From: Spirochaetia bacterium
Lineage (GTDB): Bacteria; Spirochaetota; Spirochaetia; SZUA-6; Bin103
Reading direction: 5' to 3'
Length of the DNA stretch: 64,000 nt
Assembly: GCA_965203905.1 (NCBI GenBank)
Contig: CBDBDQ010000005.1
Location: 4,672,001 to 4,736,000, forward strand
Part shown: piece by piece, positions 60,061-64,000 of the stretch
Position numbering within the stretch: position 1 is the stretch's first letter
Layout: each line of letters starts with the position of its first letter
The notes under the pieces: model-generated
What the model was told of the DNA's origin: nothing
Databases searched by the model: none
The model's input: only the letters and a program-made list of their open reading frames with translations
Made by a program: the position numbers and the translations under genes

Positions 60061-61032
60061 TCAAAGCCTGACACGACGAACTTCCGGCACAACCTTGCCT
60101 CCAGTTTTCTTCCTGGCTTTCTCCAAAGACTTCGCGCCATAGAAACCGGGATGCCCCGCACCACCCTTCAGCCTGGGATCAAGTAGATCCCTCACCGCGT
60201 CGCCAAACATGTTTAGACAGTAAATGGTAATTGTCAGGAAAAGACCGGGCCAGAAAGCCAGGTGTGGCGCCTGCTCCATGAATCTACGCCCTGTCACGCT
60301 GAGCAGACCACCCCACTCAGGAATCTCCACTGGCATACCATATCCGAGGAAGCTCAGAGAAGAAATACTCAGGATTGTGCCTCCTACGCTCATGCTGAAT
60401 GAAATGATTACGATAGGCATAACACTGGGCACGCCATGGCGGAGGAACGTTCTCCATTTTGAGCTGCCAGCCGCCTCCGCCGCCTCGAAATAAACATTCT
60501 CTTTCATGCTCATAACCCAGCCTCTAATTACTCTACTGCCGCCGAGGCCTCCTGATATCCCCAGGACCAGTATTATCTGTACCACACCCTGCCCCACTAT
60601 GGACATTACGGTTAACAACAGGATCAGTCCCGGGAAACTGTTCCAGGCATCGGTAAATCTCTGCAACATGATGTCGAGTTTACCACCCAGAAACCCTGAA
60701 ATACCGCCTATCAGGCTACTGAGCACAACACTAAGAGTGGTCGTTGCCAGACCGACAAGTAACGAGATACGAGCCCCGTAGATAATGAGGCTCATGTAGT
60801 CTCGTCCCACCTGGTCGGTACCCAGGGGATACCGGGCTGATGAGCCTTGCAGCCTGTCTACCACCTTATATTCATCGTAGTGATACGGAGCCAGAACATC
60901 GGCAAAGATACCGACAAGAATCAATATCAATATGACAATCCCGCAGGCAGTACCCAGTGGCTTCTCGTTCCACAGCCTGATAAAGAAATCAGCCACCGCC
61001 ACACGTCTCTTTGGCTCACTTGTGGGGTTCAT
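60061..61032 (-). CDS. Peptide/nickel-type ABC permease (DppC-like)
   Basis: LGTDQVGRD, YGARISL, SLSFLGYG, GDAVRDLLDPR. Confidence 0.93.
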   Translation of the reverse strand: MNPTSEPKRRVAVADFFIRLWNEKPLGTACGIVILILILVGIFADVLAPYHYDEYKVVDRLQGSSARYPLGTDQVGRDYMSLIIYGARISLLVGLATTTLSVVLSSLIGGISGFLGGKLDIMLQRFTDAWNSFPGLILLLTVMSIVGQGVVQIILVLGISGGLGGSRVIRGWVMSMKENVYFEAAEAAGSSKWRTFLRHGVPSVMPIVIISFSMSVGGTILSISSLSFLGYGMPVEIPEWGGLLSVTGRRFMEQAPHLAFWPGLFLTITIYCLNMFGDAVRDLLDPRLKGGAGHPGFYGAKSLEKARKKTGGKVVPEVRRVRL

Positions 61033-62030
61033 TTATAGCGTACCCGGGGGTCTACATAAGGATACAGCATGTCGATAAATAGGATGTTCAACATAACTAT
61101 CATCGATAAAAACAGGTTTACTCCGGAGACCACCGAGTAGTCTCTATCTTGGAGGGCCAGCAGAGCGAGACGACCTATCCCCGGCAGGTTAAATATGTTC
61201 TCCATGATAACGGAGCCACCTACCATCAAGGGTAGCTGCCCCCCTATCGAGGTAAGTATCGGGATGGACGCGTTCTTGAGGGCGTGTCTGATTATCACTA
61301 CCCTCTCGTTGAGACCCTTGGACCAGGCCGTCCTGATATAGTCCTGCCTCAGTACCTCCAGCATCATGGTGCGCATCAACCGCATGGTGCCGGCAGAATA
61401 TGCCGTCCCCAGAATCAGGCTGGGAATGATGAGCCCCGCGAGATTCCTCAGCGGGTCTTCCACGAGAGGAATGTATTCCAGCGGTGGCGACCAGGCCCAC
61501 CAGATTGCCGGGTAGATCATGACCATCAGTGCCAGCCAGAAGTTAGGAGTTGACATGCCGATGATGGCGACGGTGCGCCCCACGTAGTCGGCGGCCGTAT
61601 CCTGGCGAATCGCCGAGTAGATGCCGACTGGCAGGGCTATCACCAGCCCGATTACGATTGCCAGAAAACCGAGCTCAATGGTTACTGGCAATCTCTCTAT
61701 TATCTGCTGCCCTATCGGAAGGCCGCCCTTTATTGGCTTACCAAGGGTACCCTGGAGGAGACCCTCGAAGTGGGACTCGCCGGTATACAGGTCAGGGGTC
61801 GGCAACACTCCTATCCAGCGCCCATACTGCACGTAAGCGGGCACGTCCAATCCCAGCAGACGCTCCATGGTTGCACGGTCAAAATCCCCGTACAACATTT
61901 CGTCATGCATATACATCATCTGGTCTATTATATCGCCCGGGATATAGCGCACGGCGAAAAAGACCAGGAGGGTCAAGATAAACAACGTGGGGATTATCAG
62001 CAATAGCCGTCTGATCATATAGGCTCTCAT
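61029..62030 (-). CDS. Peptide/nickel-type ABC permease (DppB-like)
   Basis: YMIRRLL, EVLRQDYIRTAWSKGL, ENIFNLPGIG, DPRVRY. Confidence 0.93.
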   Translation of the reverse strand: MRAYMIRRLLLIIPTLFILTLLVFFAVRYIPGDIIDQMMYMHDEMLYGDFDRATMERLLGLDVPAYVQYGRWIGVLPTPDLYTGESHFEGLLQGTLGKPIKGGLPIGQQIIERLPVTIELGFLAIVIGLVIALPVGIYSAIRQDTAADYVGRTVAIIGMSTPNFWLALMVMIYPAIWWAWSPPLEYIPLVEDPLRNLAGLIIPSLILGTAYSAGTMRLMRTMMLEVLRQDYIRTAWSKGLNERVVIIRHALKNASIPILTSIGGQLPLMVGGSVIMENIFNLPGIGRLALLALQDRDYSVVSGVNLFLSMIVMLNILFIDMLYPYVDPRVRYK

Positions 62031-62056
62031 ATGATACACCTCATCGCGATTTCCCC

Positions 62057-62215
62057 TGTCATTGCGAGCCCCGGTCTAGCGGAGCTCGGCTATCTCGCTA
62101 TTAGATCCCCTTCTCAAAGGAGGGAAACTAAAGCTCTCTCTTTTCCTAAAGGGATTCATCCTGAAGGACTCTTCCTAAAGGAGGGTGAGAGGGATTTTAA
62201 GAGAGTGGCAATCTC
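62057..62215. repeat. Degenerate intergenic palindromic (REP/RPE-like) elements
   Basis: TGTCATTGCGAG...GGCTATCTC, CCCTTCTCAAAGGAGGG, AAAGGAGGGTGAGAGGGATTTT, GTGGCAATCTC. Confidence 0.45.
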
Positions 62216-62390
62216 GTCGCTCTCTCGCTATTCAATAGGTGCGGAAGCCGGGAAGCTTGACCCTCGTCACGCAGCTTGCTGCGGGAGCCGCTTACTCCAC
62301 AAAATCGGAGATTATGCGGGGCCTTATTATGCCCGAGGGTCAAATACCGCTGCAGCGGTGCTGCGGGTGCCATAGCACCGCATTCTGTTG

Positions 62391-64000
62391 CTAATAACCC
62401 TTCGCTTCCTTCAACTCGGAATCAATCCAGATGCGGGCGTCGACGGTCATAGTGGCTTCACCGTTATAACCTACGATCCACGGCTGAACGACGCTAAACT
62501 GTGGCGCCATAGCACCCCATATATTCCAGTGCTGTTCCGCAATGTACAGAGATGTCTCTCTACTCAGCGTCATCTGCTCCTCAGCGCTGGTAGCGTCTCG
62601 GACGGCTTCGTACATGGCGTCATAAGCCGGGTCGTTCACATTCCAGACGCTGCGGTCCGGGCTGTGTTTTACGCTCATCGCTTTCATCTGCCCCAGAGGG
62701 GTCAACCCCGCCTGCCAACTGGTAATACCTTCCCAATCCCTTGTCTTATAAACTAATTCGCGCCAAATATCCACGTCCATTGACTTTATCTCCACATCAA
62801 TGCCAATCGCTTCCCAGTACGGCTTAACTACGAACGCATGGTCAACAACGGCTCCCGAGGTTTGCCGCAGCAAGAGGGTGGTCGAGAATCTAGTGTCACC
62901 CGCGTCGCGCTTGAGCCCAGCAGCATCAAGCAACGCTTCTGCCCCTGCAGGGTCATACTGGTAGTATCCCTGGAGCTCCTCGGGCCAATCTTCGTATGGG
63001 ACGACATACCCCACCAACCTTGACGACAAATACGTCTGAGGTGTGGTGTCTGCGTAACCATGATGGAAGATCTCGTTAATCTCGTCGAGGTTGATTGCCA
63101 TCTGCAGTGCGTGGCGCACACGGACGTCGTCAAACGGCGGCGCTTGCGTGTTAACAGCGAAAGACGTAGTTGACATAGCCCACAACGGCTCAAACTGGAA
63201 TTCCGGGTTGGTCCGCATGAGGCTCACTGCCGGGTCGACAGACCATAGTTGAGTCCAGCCGCCGCCGAAAGACATACCCAGCGCATCGATCTTTCCCGAG
63301 CGCATTGCTGCTACCCTTGTTGCTTCTTCCGGCATAACCAGGGACTTTATTTCGTCAATATAGGGCAGGCGGTTCCCGGGGTACTTTTCGTCGTAGCCCC
63401 AGTAGTTAGGGTTCTTGACGTAGGTTTCGGAGCTTCCCGGTACAACATCAACCAACTCAAAGGGCCCGGTGCCGACCAAGTTCTTCCAATCCTTGGCGTC
63501 GCCGTATTGCTCGATTACCTCGGGGGGGTACATATAACCCCACACTAACTTCTCAAGCGCATCTACTTGTTGCTCACCTATTTTAATGACAACCGTCCAC
63601 TCGTCGGTGGCCGTTACCGACTCCAGCGAAGGAACTGTGCCCACCACATAGGCAGACGGTTCGGTGAAGCCGCTGCCAATACCCCAATAACGGTGAAGGT
63701 TATATTCGATATCCTTGGCAGTGAACTCCCGACCGTTCATCGGTGGCTTATCATGCCAGTGAACGCCTTCACGGACTTTCATGACGATAGTTAGTGGGTC
63801 GGGCTGTGACCAGCTTTCCAGCAGGTGCGGTTTTGCCAGGTTCCATGGAACGTACTCTGCCCTCCAGTGATATACGTCCCTATCTAGTCCCCAGTCCCCA
63901 TGGCTTAGCTTCTCGACAACGTCAGTGATCACATATCCCGCGTCGTGATGCCACCAGGTGTCAGTATGGGCAGGCATTCCCCACCCGGCCAAGTTTAGTA
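62391..64000 (-). CDS. ABC substrate-binding protein (family 5), 5' end outside the window
   Basis: REGVHWHDKPPMNGREFTA.D, VGTGPF, NRLPYID, PFDDVRVR.ALQMAI. Confidence 0.92.
   Translation of the reverse strand, partial: LNLAGWGMPAHTDTWWHHDAGYVITDVVEKLSHGDWGLDRDVYHWRAEYVPWNLAKPHLLESWSQPDPLTIVMKVREGVHWHDKPPMNGREFTAKDIEYNLHRYWGIGSGFTEPSAYVVGTVPSLESVTATDEWTVVIKIGEQQVDALEKLVWGYMYPPEVIEQYGDAKDWKNLVGTGPFELVDVVPGSSETYVKNPNYWGYDEKYPGNRLPYIDEIKSLVMPEEATRVAAMRSGKIDALGMSFGGGWTQLWSVDPAVSLMRTNPEFQFEPLWAMSTTSFAVNTQAPPFDDVRVRHALQMAINLDEINEIFHHGYADTTPQTYLSSRLVGYVVPYEDWPEELQGYYQYDPAGAEALLDAAGLKRDAGDTRFSTTLLLRQTSGAVVDHAFVVKPYWEAIGIDVEIKSMDVDIWRELVYKTRDWEGITSWQAGLTPLGQMKAMSVKHSPDRSVWNVNDPAYDAMYEAVRDATSAEEQMTLSRETSLYIAEQHWNIWGAMAPQFSVVQPWIVGYNGEATMTVDARIWIDSELKEAKGY

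Noticed and set aside
59915-60063. IS3-like terminal sequences (GTCCGGGGGTAGGTTA; GTGTCCATTAAAGCC...TCA)
   Set aside because: No transposase remnant or partner repeat, and the resemblance is too weak.

Overview
A GC-rich bacterial chromosomal segment (about 70% GC by eye), with a visibly lower-GC block from about 55.7 kb to the end and several smaller low-GC inserts. It carries a complete selenocysteine machinery: selC tRNA-Sec(UCA), selD, selA and selB. Two genes that the ORF track splits are in-frame UGA selenoprotein candidates: SelD (CAG-U-AAK) and an OsmC-like protein (AAG-U-LTG...CPV). The tRNA-Sec has a non-canonical 12-bp acceptor/T helix. Other intact genes are a sigma54-promoter-preceded PDZ gene with a two-component system, a sulfatase, a HAD hydrolase, SulP, Ada, two PhyH dioxygenases, an amidohydrolase and enolase-superfamily pair, a GH13 phosphorylase with an ABC importer, Fic, an APH-like kinase, GlgX, AddAB, several oxidoreductases, a nucleoside hydrolase, a homocysteine methyltransferase, a ThDP enzyme and a second ABC system. 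About nine toxin-antitoxin-type loci and many deletion-scarred gene fragments are interspersed. The least explained signals are: (i) a promoter- and terminator-bounded structured RNA of about 190 nt with a 13-codon sORF at 297-519; (ii) a repeated HNH gene whose two copies share a downstream 10-mer followed 25-26 nt later by TTGACA; (iii) diverged gene-end duplications that flank inserted cassettes; (iv) a 23-bp IS-end-like motif fused to TAG stop codons; and (v) a low-GC two-gene module (His-motif protein plus DUF1828-like protein) next to addA. All family assignments come from motif recognition by eye; no database search was run.
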